DNA of 64,000 bases from Blastocladiella emersonii ATCC 22665 (taxonomy: Eukaryota > Fungi > Blastocladiomycota), in NCBI GenBank assembly GCA_025594325.1, contig JANHCV010000014.1:1-64000 (forward strand), given 5' to 3'. The position numbers were made by a program, and so were the translations under genes. Positions 1 through 12,259 of this stretch are shown here, piece after piece. Positions within the stretch are counted from its first letter, which is position 1; every line of letters begins with the position of its first letter. The notes under the pieces are model-generated. The model did not search any database, was not told the origin of the DNA, and saw only the letters and a program-made list of their open reading frames with translations.

Positions 1-2450
1 GCCCGTCAATTTTCGCGCAAAAGGAAAAAGGATCCCCCCTCCCTTGCGATTTCCGGCCTGCGCCGGCGTCATCATTACTGCACAAAGCCGCCAACAGTTT
101 TGCGTGTCATCACCCGCCGGCTCGTACACCTCTACACCGAACGATTTTTGCATACTCAACTGGCTGCCGCCAAACAAACACACAGTCACCTATTGGCCGT
201 ACTCCAATTTTCCGGCTGTAGAGAACGGGCTAGTTAGCGGCTGCGACTGGCGCCTGCTCCGGCTCAGGTTTCAGTGTTACACTGTTACATGTATCCTGCC
301 CTCGCTTTGCACAGGTCGGTGTCCATCAACCTCACCCCTTCGAGTAGTCTCGAGTCGGATGCCCTCTACATAGGTGGAATCGACCAAATTTGGACCCCGG
401 GTGACCGCCGAGCAGTGTGCGCACGTCGCGGCCCGCGTGTCCTGCGGGGCTGCCCGACTGGTTGGCGTCCGGTCAGCGGTGGGTCGGCGCCCACCCCCTA
501 CATTTGCTTGGATGCCTCCCATATGAAAATCTAGTTCACTATATACTATACGGGCTACTCGTGGGTGGTACTCTCCCCCGGATTGAGTGAGATCTGATAG
601 AGTTGACCGTGTAAAGTGCGACTCGGACTCCGGTTCTCGGCCTCCCTGTACCACAGTTTTGACCCTACCTCAAAACGGTTGTCATATTCGTGTTCCCCGG
701 GGTCGATTGCATACCTGTATACCGCCAAAAGTGAGATCCGGTATCATGCCATGTCAGGACACGGATCGGTCCGACGGACGCTCTCACTTCTGTACTGACT
801 TGACCCGACCGTGGAGCTTGGCTGGGGACCGATCCCCCACCTCGTCCGATCTTGTCGGGGATGGTCCCATTCTGGTAAAAAGGGGTCGGGGAACATCATG
901 GGCAAAGTTTCAGCACCTGGTGCTATGGGGAAATGTCGAGTAAATCGAGGTCAAAGTTTCGGGGTCGGAGCTCGGAGCGCCCTAGCTCCCTCAGTTTTGG
1001 GTTTCACGCAAAGGGCCCCTTACAACAAATAATGCGTATTAACGGTGCGCACATATTGTATGAACATACCGCGGGCGCCCGCCCAAAACTGCGGGCCGCG
1101 GGACCCGATAACCGTCATCGAGCGCGAGTCGCCGGACCGGTTTTCGGCCCCGTTCTCGATAAAATGTTATAGCACTTTGAAACTGTTCAAGGGGTAAAAG
1201 ATGCGCCCACCCCCAACATATTATCCAACACCGAGAAAAACCGAATCGGACAAGTCTAGAGGGGGGCTCCTGAGTACCCAACTGGTTTCGCGGCCCGAAC
1301 ACCGACCCCGAGATCTCGCCATTTCGCGCTGGCACACCCCACCTTTTATTACATATTCGAATCCGCCGTATTTAACTGGGTAGGACTGCATCAAAAGATC
1401 TTGCGAAAACATGATTCTGGGGGAAAAAGTAATTGCGACGAATTTGTATTCATTGTTCCTTCGCCAGATTAAAAGATTACGTAATCCCGCTTTACGAATA
1501 CACTCCATGTAATATATTTGAATTTATAAAACTATACACAAGACGATTGTGCAGTCAGAACTGCGTAATCCTCATCACGTTCCGCCGTCCATTTCGAAAA
1601 GTGTGTTTGGCGCAGTCATTTCATTGTTTACTGATCTAAGCTCTCTTTTTTTTTTAGTTTCTCCTATCACTCGTACTTATTGCCGTTGTGGTATTACCGA
1701 TTCATGAAGTATCACGCCCATGACATACGCTTCTCATGCAATTCGCAACCAGGTCGTACCACGGCGACCTTTTTCTGCGCAGGTTCTGTTAGTGGACAGT
1801 CATTCGTATATCTTTGCGGGTCTCTTTATGATGATTCGTGTGGATTTGTTCACAATCCTCATTTTCGCTTGAGTCCGCTTGCGCAGCAGCACTCGGTTTG
1901 CCTCAATTAGGTTTAAGTTTCACACTTTTCTCTTCGCCCAGTGCGACTTCTTTTTGATTGCTGGCACCGTGTGGCCATTCTAATTATCCACACTTATCCA
2001 CATTAACTTACTCTCCAACGTATGCTTGCAAAGTTCGATTCTTTCAGCCCCCTTGCATTATATCCGTCATGCGGTCTTGAAGTATTTACAGACTGCCTGC
2101 ACCGCCTTCAAGAGACCCATACTCCTGCTTAAGAGTCTACAGTTTAAAACGCGGGGTGTACAGACGCGCGTGCGTGCAGAACTTTGCAATCACCCTTTGC
2201 TTCGCTTCCACGCGGAAGACCGACCCACGGCTCTCTTATTGCCAAGCGCATTTTTTTTGTGTTTTCTGGCCGCGTTTTGGCTCGTTGATGACGCGCTCCA
2301 TACACACGTAGACTCGCGTTGCGTGTGGGTTTGAGATGCACTTTGACCAGCTCCGATCCCCTTCGTCGTCCCAGGCCACGTCCCACACGTTTTCTGAGGC
2401 ATCAACGCCCCGTTAATACCCCGTATTATAAGTTTCTCTCTTCGCTTTGG
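1..2450. other. Lower-GC, apparently non-coding island (possible decayed TE or regulatory DNA)
   Basis: Visibly more AT-rich than the gene-dense remainder, with T-runs (e.g. ~1645-1655). It has only short ORFs without the host GC3 bias and no recognisable domain. Confidence 0.5.
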
Positions 2451-4949
2451 ATTCTTTTTGCTCCGTGAGCGATTCCGTTACAACAGCTCTCAGAAGCTTA
2501 CAAGTCCAACCGCGACGGCCGCGGGGCGAGGAAAAGCATATCTACACACCTGGCAACGCGGCAAGCAGTTGCGCCACGAAGATCGCGTGGTTGCAACGCA
2601 GTTCTCTATTGACGCGGCGCGACTGACGTGGGGTCAAGTGGCTCTTTGTTGCTTCAGGGCGCACTCGCCGCGCGCTCTGTCCAAATTGCGTCCTATTGGC
2701 GGCGCGACGGCGGACTCACAGTCGCAATCAAGGTAGACAGACGGTCATGGCAGTGGCGCGCGGGTCACGCAATCGGGTGCGCGGGTCGTTCTAGCAGGCG
2801 AGTCATATGCGCGGGCTCACAAGCGCGATAAGTATGTGCGCGCAAGAGCAGCGACACGCCCTCGACCGCGACTGCTGGCGGAGCGATGCCGGCGAGCAAC
2901 GCGGCATCGAACAGCACCGCTGCACCGCCGTCAGCGCTACTCCCGTACGCAACGCGACGAGCACACAGTCCGTCACGCGCTTGGTCGAATCGCGTGCGGG
3001 CGTTGCGCGCACTGATGGGTCAAACGCGGTGGTGAATGGCGCATGCAGGCGGGTGTGACGGGCGCAACGACAGCTGGCGCACGCGGCGGGAAAAGCACAT
3101 GGGCTGGGCGAGCTCGCGTCGCGCGACGGGTGCGCGCGGGAAGATGAACCGCGCGGTCGGTGCGACGGGCACGTGCGCGACAGCGAGCGCGAGCGGGACC
3201 TAGGGCGACGAGAACGTGGTCCTTGTACACGCAACAATGGACCGCGCCCGTGGGCGGTGGAACGAGCGAGCAGGTGGGGCGGACGCGCGGATGGATCGAG
3301 CGCGCAGGCGAACGGGACAAGTGGGCGGGTGAGGCGAGTTCACGGCCGCGATCGCAAGGGACGGCGACGCGACGGGTCCTGGCTGATCGGGTGCAGGGCG
3401 AGCGCGCTTTGTTGCGGCGCAGCGGGCGCGCAACTGCGACCTGCGTGAGCCCCGTCGCGCAGCGCTGTGCGCGCCGCGGGCTCGCACGCCTGGTCGATAT
3501 CAAGCGCGGGCCGCCCGGTCATGGTTGCGTAGACACAGCGGGGAGCGGCAAGAACGAGCGACCCGCCGTCTTGGCGGCGAACGCTGCCACCTTGTCTCAC
3601 GGACGGTTGGCGGATTGCGCCATGTCCCGCACGCGATACTGCCCGCATCCCGCGGTGAGCCGTGTACACGCGGCGACGCACGGTTCCGCCCCGACGCGCA
3701 GGGCCAGCGCCGTGGTCTCATTGGAAGGGCAAAGAAGTTGCAGCAAGAGAGGTCATGTATCATTTGGAACAAGTTGCATGGAGTGTGGTAGCGTTCCAGG
3801 CCAGGGAGGGGGGAGTGGAGAGGGAGAGGGAACGAGGAGCGGCGCGGCCTCGCGTGGCTGCTGATTGAAGTGGCAGGAGCATCTTCGGCTAGTGTTGTGC
3901 GACCCGCTCCCGCCACCGCCTCTCACTGCACCTACTCCAAACCTGTGTGCTCCCTACTCGCCCTCACCTCTCGCAACTTGCTGCAATGCTATCAACCCAG
4001 CATCGCCAACTTGCACTTCGCCCGCACTGTCCTCGCCGCTGCCGCAAGTGAGCCGGCTGCGCCTGGCCCTGACCCCCTCCACCCTCGCTTCTCTCTTCCC
4101 CGAGTCCGCGCCATCACCGCTGGACCGCCACGCCAAGAAGGCCGCCTTCACCGCGCTCACCGCCGTGCTCGCCGACCCGCGTTCACCCGCGCCGTTGTCG
4201 CCGCGTGCCGCCCGCTCGTCCTCGACCTCGTCGCACTCATCGTGCACGCCGCTCCGCAGAACGAGTCGCCCTCCCGCAGCCCCGCCAAGTCAGCTTTCGG
4301 CAAGCGCTACCGGACCGCTCCGCTTTGCGGTGCATCTGAGGATGCCAACGGTACGCTCGCTGCGCGCGCAATCCGCCACATAACTCGTCCCTGACGTCCG
4401 AATTTGGCCCCCTCTCTCTCTAGCCATGGACGTGGATGCCGCGCCGCCGACGGACCTCGTCGCCATGCACCTCCTCGGCAGCGATTCCCCCGGCGCCGTT
4501 GCCCTGTCGCCCGCCGCGCACGCCAACCTCAAAGCCGTCCTCCTCGTCACGCACCGCCTGCTCGCGCACGTCCCCGCGGTCCGCTGCACGCGCTCGTCGA
4601 CTCGCCCGTCCCCATCCTGCGCGCGCGCTGGTTTGTTGCGTACCTCCTCGCCGAGTACTTCGCGGTCGCAGACGCTGAGCATGCGGTGATCGTCTGTGGG
4701 GCGCCCGAAGGCGACGCCTTTTCGCGCTCAAGGACCTCGCCGCCGCTCGTGCCCCACGCGATGCGCATCGCTCCCGCCACCAACCGCCTGGTCGAGCGCT
4801 CCCACATTGCGCAGTGGCGCCCGCTTCTCGCCGCGTGGATGGACTGGCGCGCGTAGAGCCCTGCACTCGCGCCGCTCCGCGTCAGCAGCGACAATCTCGC
4901 GGTGCTCCTCGACCGCATGGTCGCGGCCAATTTGGCCCGCGACAACCAC

Positions 4950-6892
4950 GTGCGTCATCATCACGGCCCGCCGCCGCCTCGAGGAGCGCATTGACGCGCG
5001 CGACGACCAGTTTGAGCACAAGCTGCGCTGTTTCATCGACTCGGCGACGCGGACCAGGCGCGCGCAGGCGACCGGCGACCGCGTCCAGTGCCCCGCCCCG
5101 CCCGACGGCGACGCTGGGGACGGCCCGATCATCACGCGCGAGCCCGACGAGGTCGAGCGCGTCGTCGCCGAGCAGGTCCAGGGCTGGTTCTGCCGGTACG
5201 AGGACTGCGACGGCGGCTGCGACCCCGATGTGCAGCCGCTGCCCGGCCGGTGGCAGGACGCGTTTGCGCCGCTCGAGCACATCAACGACGACGTGTGGGA
5301 CGGGCTCATGGCCGCGCCGACGCACAAGGAGCTCGCCGACGTGCTTGCCGCGTCGGGCAAGGACAAGGCGCCCGGCGGCACCGGGCTCACGGTGCGGCTC
5401 CTCGAGCAGGCCGGCGAGAAGACGCACACGGCGCTGCTCGCCCTGTTCGCGGCGTGCCTGCGCACGCGGTCCGCGCCCGCGTCGTGGAAGACGGGCCTCA
5501 TCTACCTGAACCCCAAGACGAGCGCCGGGTTCACGGGCCTCGCGACCAACTCGCGCCCCATCACGCTGCTCGAGACCGCGTCCAAGGTGCTCATGAAGAT
5601 CCTGCTCGAGCGCATGCACCCGGTCCTGCGCGAGCACGACGTCCTGCAGGGCGCGCGGTACTCGGCGATCCCGGGCACCGACACGACGACGCCAATCGCG
5701 ATCCTGCACGCCGCCGCGCTCAAGGAGCGCAACGAGGACGGTCCGCTCTGGGCCTACTTGGAGGACAAGTCCAAGGCGTTCGACTCGGTGCCGCACGCCC
5801 TGCTCAAGCGCGCCATGCGGCGCATCCGGCTGCCGCCAGAGTTCGTCAACTTCTACTTTGACGGCATGCTGCACGGGCGCACCGCGCGTGCTCACGGCGT
5901 ACGGGCTGTCCGACGAGGTCCGCATCGAGCGCGGGTTCCCGCAGGGCGCCGTCGAGTCGCCGCTGCTGTGGAACCTCTTCTACGACGTGTGCCTGTGCGA
6001 GATCAACCGGCTCACGGTCGAGACGGGCAACGCCGACCACGACGAGGACGCGCGCGGGTTCGGCATCACGCCCGAGGCCGGGTCGGGGCTGCGCCACGTC
6101 GGGCCCAACCGCGGGTTTGCGGCGCCGCCGTTCACGTTTCGCGCGTCGCACCGCCAGCTCGACACGCTCCGCGTCGCCGCCGTCGCCTACATGGACGACG
6201 CCGTCTTCTATGCATCCGACCGCGACCACCTGCAACGCATCGTCGACATTGTGGACGACTTCAACGGGCTCACGCGCATCAACGCGAACCCGGCCAAGGG
6301 TGCGGTCCTCCGCATGCTCTCCAAGTGGGACGACGGCGTGCTCACGGGCGGGCCCAACGACCCGCGGAACGCGCCCATCGTCGTGCGCGGCGTCCCCGTC
6401 CCCTGGGTCGGCAAGTCGTCCCGCTACCTGGGCGTGTTCATTGACCACGCCATGCTCGGCCGCGAAGCAGCCAATACGTGCCTCGCCCTGCTCAAGGACC
6501 GCCGCATCACGGGCAAGGCCGCCGTGTACCTGCTCAACGCCGTCTTCTTCACCGCCGCAGCGTACTGCTCGCTGTTCCGCGTGCCGTCGCTCGCGCAGCT
6601 TGACCGCATTGACCAGTCGGCGCGCGCGCTCGTGCGCCGCAAGTACAAGCTGCCCAACACGTTCCCCACAGCCATGCTGCACGACCGCGACATCATCGGC
6701 CTGCATTCGCTGGCCGACCTGATCACGCAGCAGCACGTCACCGACCTGTGCGTGATGCTCAACGACCCGCGCCCGCACGGCGTGCCTGCGCGCTACGAGC
6801 TTGGCATCCTCCAGTTCCAGACGCAGTGCGCGTTCTCGCCGCTCGAGTGGCCCGACCTCGCGCTCGTGCCCATGTCCAACCAGCTGCCGTGA
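4950..6892 (+). pseudogene. Non-LTR reverse transcriptase domain, frameshifted at ~5888
   Basis: Motifs KAPGGTG, WKTGLIYLNPK, NSRPITLLETASK and DKSKAFDSVPH (ORF 4696..6444 frame); then RGFPQGAVESPLLWNLFYD, AYMDD (6188-6199) and RYLGVF (ORF 5858..6892). Confidence 0.9.
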
Positions 6893-7469
6893 GTGGTTCG
6901 ACAACTAGCTGCTGCTCATGCGGCGGCGCAAGATGTCGATCGTGGACCGCCGCCGCGACTACAACCTCATCGTCGCCGGCAACTGCACGCCCACGGTCCT
7001 CGTCGCGCCTGACATGACGGTGCGCGGCAAGAAGAACCAGGACCGCGTCTGGACCAAGAACCTGATCCGGTGGCTGCCCCTGTACACGCTCGAGACGCTG
7101 CTCGAGTACCCACCCGACAACGACGACGGCCTCATCGGGCGCAAGTACACGCTGCCGATGCTCCGCCGCATGGAGACCAAGGACGTGCGGCAGCTCGTCA
7201 AGGAGTTCCACGTGCCGCTCACGGACAACGGCAACGCGCGCATGAACGCCGACGACCGCCACGTCGCCCAGATCCTGCTCGACGTGGCGAACCGCAACCA
7301 CGCCCGGATCACGGACATCAGCCACGGCCAGGAAATGTACCCGCCCGCGCCGCCCATGGACGACGATCCGCCGCGCCCGCCGGCGCGCCGTCGCTCGTCT
7401 TCCGCCACACCCGCCCCCGCCCCGCCGCCGCGCTCATCGATCCTGTCCGCGCCGTCGGGTTCCTGATCA

Positions 7470-8560
7470 TGCCCACCCCGGGCAACGTCGTCCTCGCGTA
7501 CACGGACGGCTCGTACTACGCGGACCGCCCGGGCCCCGAGGGCGTCGCGCGCGCGGGCTCCGCCGCCGTGTTCCCGCTGCCCGACGACTACGACACGGCC
7601 ACGCGCCACGATGCTGATTGCCGCGCGGCCGCCAACGGCGTCACGGACGACGACGTGGGCCACATCGCCGCCGCCAAGCTGCCGCCCGGCCCGTTCTCGT
7701 TGACGCGCGCCGAGATCCAAGCGTTCGTCCTCGCCATGTCGCAAGTCGCCGCCGGGACCGCGCTGCACATCTACTCGGACTCGCAGGCCGCCATCGAGGC
7801 CGCGCGCACGCAGCTCTCGCCGACGGCGACGGTGCGCCAGCGCGTCCGGTGCGCGTCGAGCGACCTGTGGTCCGCGCTCCGCCTCGCGCTGCGCGACCGC
7901 AACGTCAAGGTCACCTTCTCGTGGGTCCGCGGCCACGCTGACGACCCGACCACGCCCAACAACGCCGCCGACTGCGCCGCCAAGGCCGCGGCGAACCAGC
8001 CGTCCGCCACCGACGCGTACTTTTCGAAACGCACGCGCACCGAGTCGGACCTCCACCACGTTCCAGCCTGTTTCGACCACGAGATTGGCGGCGACTCGCG
8101 CAAGTTCATGCGCGACCTCGCGCAGGCCGACGCGGTGCTCGCCGAGAACGTGGCGCACCTCGCGCTCGCGCAGCCGCCGCCGCCCGAGCCCGTACCCACC
8201 AACGCCGCTGCAGCCGCCGCTGTAGCAGCTGCGAACGCCGCCGCCGCCCAGGCCGAGGAGCTCGACTGGGAGGCGACCGCGCTCGCGCCCCACGGCGGGT
8301 CGCGCCCACTCGTGCGCCGCACCTCGCGCGACCAGAACAAGGAGACGTTGTTCCGCCTGCGCGCGCTCGCCAACAAGCTGCCGTGCCGCGAGTCGCTGCA
8401 CTCGGTCGGCCGCATCGCTGTGCCCACCTGCGGCAGGGCCAAGTGCGCCGCCGAGCCGAACCCCAAGGCCCGCTGCATCCAGTGCTGGGACGCCGACTTC
8501 AAGGCATCTCGGTGCTCGTGCGGCCTGCAGGATACGCCGTTCCACTGGTTCCAGTGCAAG
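7470..8560 (+). pseudogene. RNase H domain plus Cys/His motif of the retroelement
   Basis: AYTDGS (D at 7505), TRAEIQA, IYSDSQAAI, WVRGH and NNAADCAAK give the RNase H acidic residues. LPCRESL...CSCGLQDTPFHWFQC is a typical LINE C-terminal motif. Confidence 0.88.
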
Positions 8561-11500
8561 CTCGTGGACGAGCAGCGCGTCGAGACGCTCAACCAGATCT
8601 CCGAGTCGTGGCTCAGCCAGCTCACGTCTGTCGGCGCGGCCAAGCACGACGCCGCCCTGAACCCCGCCGCCGGCACGCTGATCGACGCGCTGCTCGGCCC
8701 TGACCTGCTGCACGTCATGCACCTCGACGTCAACACGCTGCGCGCCGACCGCGACGCAGCGTTCGCGACCCGCGTCGCGGCGATCCCTGCCTGGGCGATC
8801 GCGCGCCGCGACGTAAAGGAGGCTGGTCTGTCGATCCCGGGCGAGGACGCGCTGCCGCCGCTTCTCGACCTGCCCGATGCCGCCGCAATTCGCCTGTTCT
8901 CCCGCGCCATCACGCGTGGCGCGGTGCACGCGCGCCGCGAGTTCCTGGGCAGCCTGGCCGCCGCCGCCGCCGCGATCGCGCTCCACCCGCTCCCGTCCCC
9001 GCACCACCTCGAGGTCAAGGGTATTCGCGGCCCCGCCCTGCGGAAGCCCATGCTCACCTGGTTCGCCCGCGGCCACGCGGCCCGCGAGTTCATTACAGCC
9101 GCCGTCGCGCCTGCCTGCATGCTCCACCACGGGCTCGACGCCGACGACGCCGACGACGCCGTCATGAGCGGGTTCGCCGCCGTCCCCGCCGAGCTCGTCA
9201 AAGAGGGTCAAGTCGTCCCGCACCCGCCGCTGCTCCTGCACCACTCGTCGTGCCACTGTACCCGCTCCTCGGCGCGCTCGAGGCCGGCATGGCCGCCGCG
9301 ATGCTCGATTCCGCGGTTTTGGGGGACGCCCACGCCGCGCTCCCCGTCCTCCTGTGGGCGTGGTCCATGTGGTCGCAGTGCCTCGTGCAGCACTAGCTCA
9401 ACCTGCAGCTCGACCTCACCGCGCTCTAGCGCGACCTCGTCGCCGCCTGCATGCACCTGCTGCGCAACGTGCCCGCGACGTGCCCACGACGCGGATCGCG
9501 AGCGCGACCGAGATTGTCTCGACCGCGACGTCGAACCTTGAGCAGCTCGGGCTCGCCTGGATCCACCTCGGGCTCGCGTTCATGGAGCCACCACTACATG
9601 CGCCAGCTGCAGGGCACCTCGTGCTCGAGCTGCAGGTGCACCTCGCGCTGCAGATCCGCGACAACGACGTGTCCACCAACCCGACCATCGAGTGGCTCCG
9701 CGCGCGCCTCGCAGCGGTCCCGAGCCGCTGCTGCCCATCATCACCCAGAAGAGCGACGCGCTGTCCCACAACCAGAACACGCCCGACCTCCCCACGCCCA
9801 CCACGTCCGCGTTCGGCCACGCGCTCCACCACTACCCGGAGCCGTGCGCCACGCAGCTCGCCGCCGCGCGCGCGTACCGCGACGCTCGACTCGGCCCGAT
9901 CCTGTCCCGGTTGGTGCAGCTCGCGTGCGTCGCCGAGGTCCCGCTCCCGCTCGCCGAGCTCATGGCGGAGCTCACCATGCACGAGGCGTCGACTCTGCTG
10001 CAGGTGCGCAAGAAGGCGTTGGCCGACCCAAGCACTTCCGCGACATGGGCCTGTCGTGGCGCCACGCACACATCCCCGTGTCCGAGGACGTGGTCGTGCT
10101 GCCGCCCATCGCCGCGCGTCGCCTTCAAGCCGCTCGTCAACGAGGTGACCGTCTACCACCTCCGCTTCGTCGCGCTCATAACGACGACGGCCAAGGTGCT
10201 CAGGAAACGCTCGCACGCCATCCAGCACAACCAGGTCGAACGCGCCGTCGGGTACGCCGCCGACCTGTACAAGCTCGTCGTCACGGAACGCCGCGCGTTC
10301 GCGCCGGTCATCGCCCTCGTCGCGGACCTCGACGCGCTCACGGCCGTCGACGCCCCTTCGGGCCACTGGACCGCGGACCCCGCCATCGTCCGCGAGCTCC
10401 TCGCGCTCAGCTCCATCGTGCTCGTCACCAAGCTCGTCCTCGCGCTCGACCTGCGCACTCCGCGCGCCGCGCCCGCCGTAAACGGCGCTCCGCGACGCCG
10501 GCACCGACTTCCTCGGCCGCTTCCGCGCCGCGTACCCGAGCGATACGGAAGCGGTGTCTGTCCTCAACGCGGCCCTCACGCGCGAGTGGTTCGCGGCCAA
10601 GGCCCCCGCCTGCGCTGAACTCGAGTCGCACGCGCGCATAGCGGCCCCGTTTCTACTTTATGTCGACCGTCCTCGCTTTCTGATCAACTTCGTTGACACG
10701 AGTTGAGCACAAGCCTAAAACTCGGGACAGCGGCAGGTCGTGATCGAAGTTTGGCGGCAGTCTCTTCGCTCGGACGCTCGCTCCCCCCGAGAATCTGACT
10801 ACACCGTACCGTTCGCCGGCGTCCTTCGCGACGCGCTCGATGCCACCGACGCAAAACTCGAGTACCAGTGCGCTACCATGCTCAAGCTCTATGACGACGC
10901 GTTTCCCGTCCCCCACGTCGCACTCTTCTGTCCGCCGCACGCGCATGAGCCAAGCTGCCAGTTCTCGCGCCACCCGTTCACGACCACGGGCCACGCGAAA
11001 CGCCCGCCCGAGCGCATAAATGTCGCCGTTGCCACGATCAAGCCCGTACGGCTCGTCAGGCCGTGCCCGTTCTCCACCCCACGCAGCTACCGTGGCCTTT
11101 TGCTTAAATGCATGCGGTCTTGGGGCAAATATGAGCATTCAGCTTCGTCACGGAACCTACTTGGACACGGGCAGGAGGCAAACCGCGCGAATCCGGCTCG
11201 CCGTCGGCACGCACGCGCGAGGTGAGCGTGAGTACGCTGAGCAACGGACGCATCCTAAGGCCTCGCTCGGGCCGCGCGGCAAAAGCGTGAATCAACAACG
11301 CGGTCCGGCGGGTGCACGCGCACGTCAAGGGCGACGATCCAAGGGGTTCCCGCCGCCGTGGCCGCCAGTTGAGCGAGGCGGCAGCATCCATGCTCTCGCG
11401 AAGCAGCAAGCCGCCCGCCAGCTGGGCTAGGCTACGAAAGCGCGAGGTCATAAAGCAGCAGGTGCGAAAGGCAGCGCGGCAAGGCGCGGCCGACGAGCAG

Positions 11501-11767
11501 CAGCGGATCCCGAAGCGCACCGAGCCGCGGTAGCCGCTCGCGGCGGCGCACCTCGTGCGCACCTCGCGCGCACACCAAACGCTGGCCCCGCTCGTGCGTG
11601 CGCGTGTGGCGACGACTCACCTGGCCCGCCATGAAGTTGCCGAGGCTGTGAGCACGTCCATGTAGGTCGGCTCGAACGGAGGTCGTGCGGCTCGGGAATG
11701 CATGCCAGCGGGGGACGAGCAGGTGGCTGGCGAGGACGACGAAGCGGTCACGGTGGTCGGGTGAGGT

Positions 11768-11836
11768 TCGGCAGTGCAGATCGGCAGTGCAGATCGGCGG
11801 CGTGGGGCGGCGGCGTGGGGCGGCGGCGTGGGGCGG
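11768..11836 (+). repeat. Two abutting 13-bp minisatellites
   Basis: (TCGGCAGTGCAGA)x2 at 11768-11793, then (CGGCGTGGGGCGG)x3 at 11798-11836. Confidence 0.9.
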
Positions 11837-12259
11837 CGACAGGGGGACCGGAACGAGGCGAGCGAGCGAGCGAGGGACGCTGGCTAGCGGGGCCCGCCGC
11901 TGAAGCAAACGTTCGCGCGCGACTAACGTAGGGCAGCACGGCAAGCGGAAGGCGGCGTTCCCGACAACGACGACGGGAAAGGGCGGGAAGCAGTTTGTGC
12001 GTGCGAAAGCCGGCTACAGACGGTGCAAAGGCGTTCCAAGCGTAACTTCGGGTCGAGCACGGGCATCGCTCTGCTCCTGCCTGGATTGCGACGAGAATCG
12101 TGTTATTCCTCCGCATCACGTAGATTGCACCAAGTCACGCGCGTCAATTCATGTGTTTTACATCGAGCGTGGGAGTGTATCGCTTGAGGAGCCGCCGCGT
12201 GCCGGCCTTGAAAGCGTGGCGCCCACCTCGCACCTGGTTCTCTCTCCCACCGCCTCGGC

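Larger units (their letters stand above)
3990..10640 (+). mobile_element. Decayed non-LTR (LINE-type) retroelement: RT + RNase H + Cys/His motif + long unknown C-terminal region
   Basis: Same-strand ORF fragments joined by frameshifts and TAG stops carry LINE RT motifs, then RNase H, then a CxC..H..C motif. The boundaries are approximate; no poly(A) or TSD was recognised. Confidence 0.8.

Noticed and set aside
2030-2170. Minus-strand peptide RVCTPRVLNC...LLKAVQAVCKYFKTA, faintly like a hAT transposase segment
   Set aside because: It is very short and closed by stops, with no convincing TRWNS or DDE context; chance similarity is likely.
2800-3780. Protein-like fragments on the minus strand upstream of the retroelement
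   Set aside because: The frame switches repeatedly and no gag knuckle, recombinase or other motif is recognisable, so no call can be supported.
3990-10640. DIRS/Ngaro or LTR identity for the RT-RNase H element
   Set aside because: The RT motifs are LINE-type (KAPG, RPITLL, KAFDSV, QG..SP), and no tyrosine recombinase, integrase, protease or LTR was seen.
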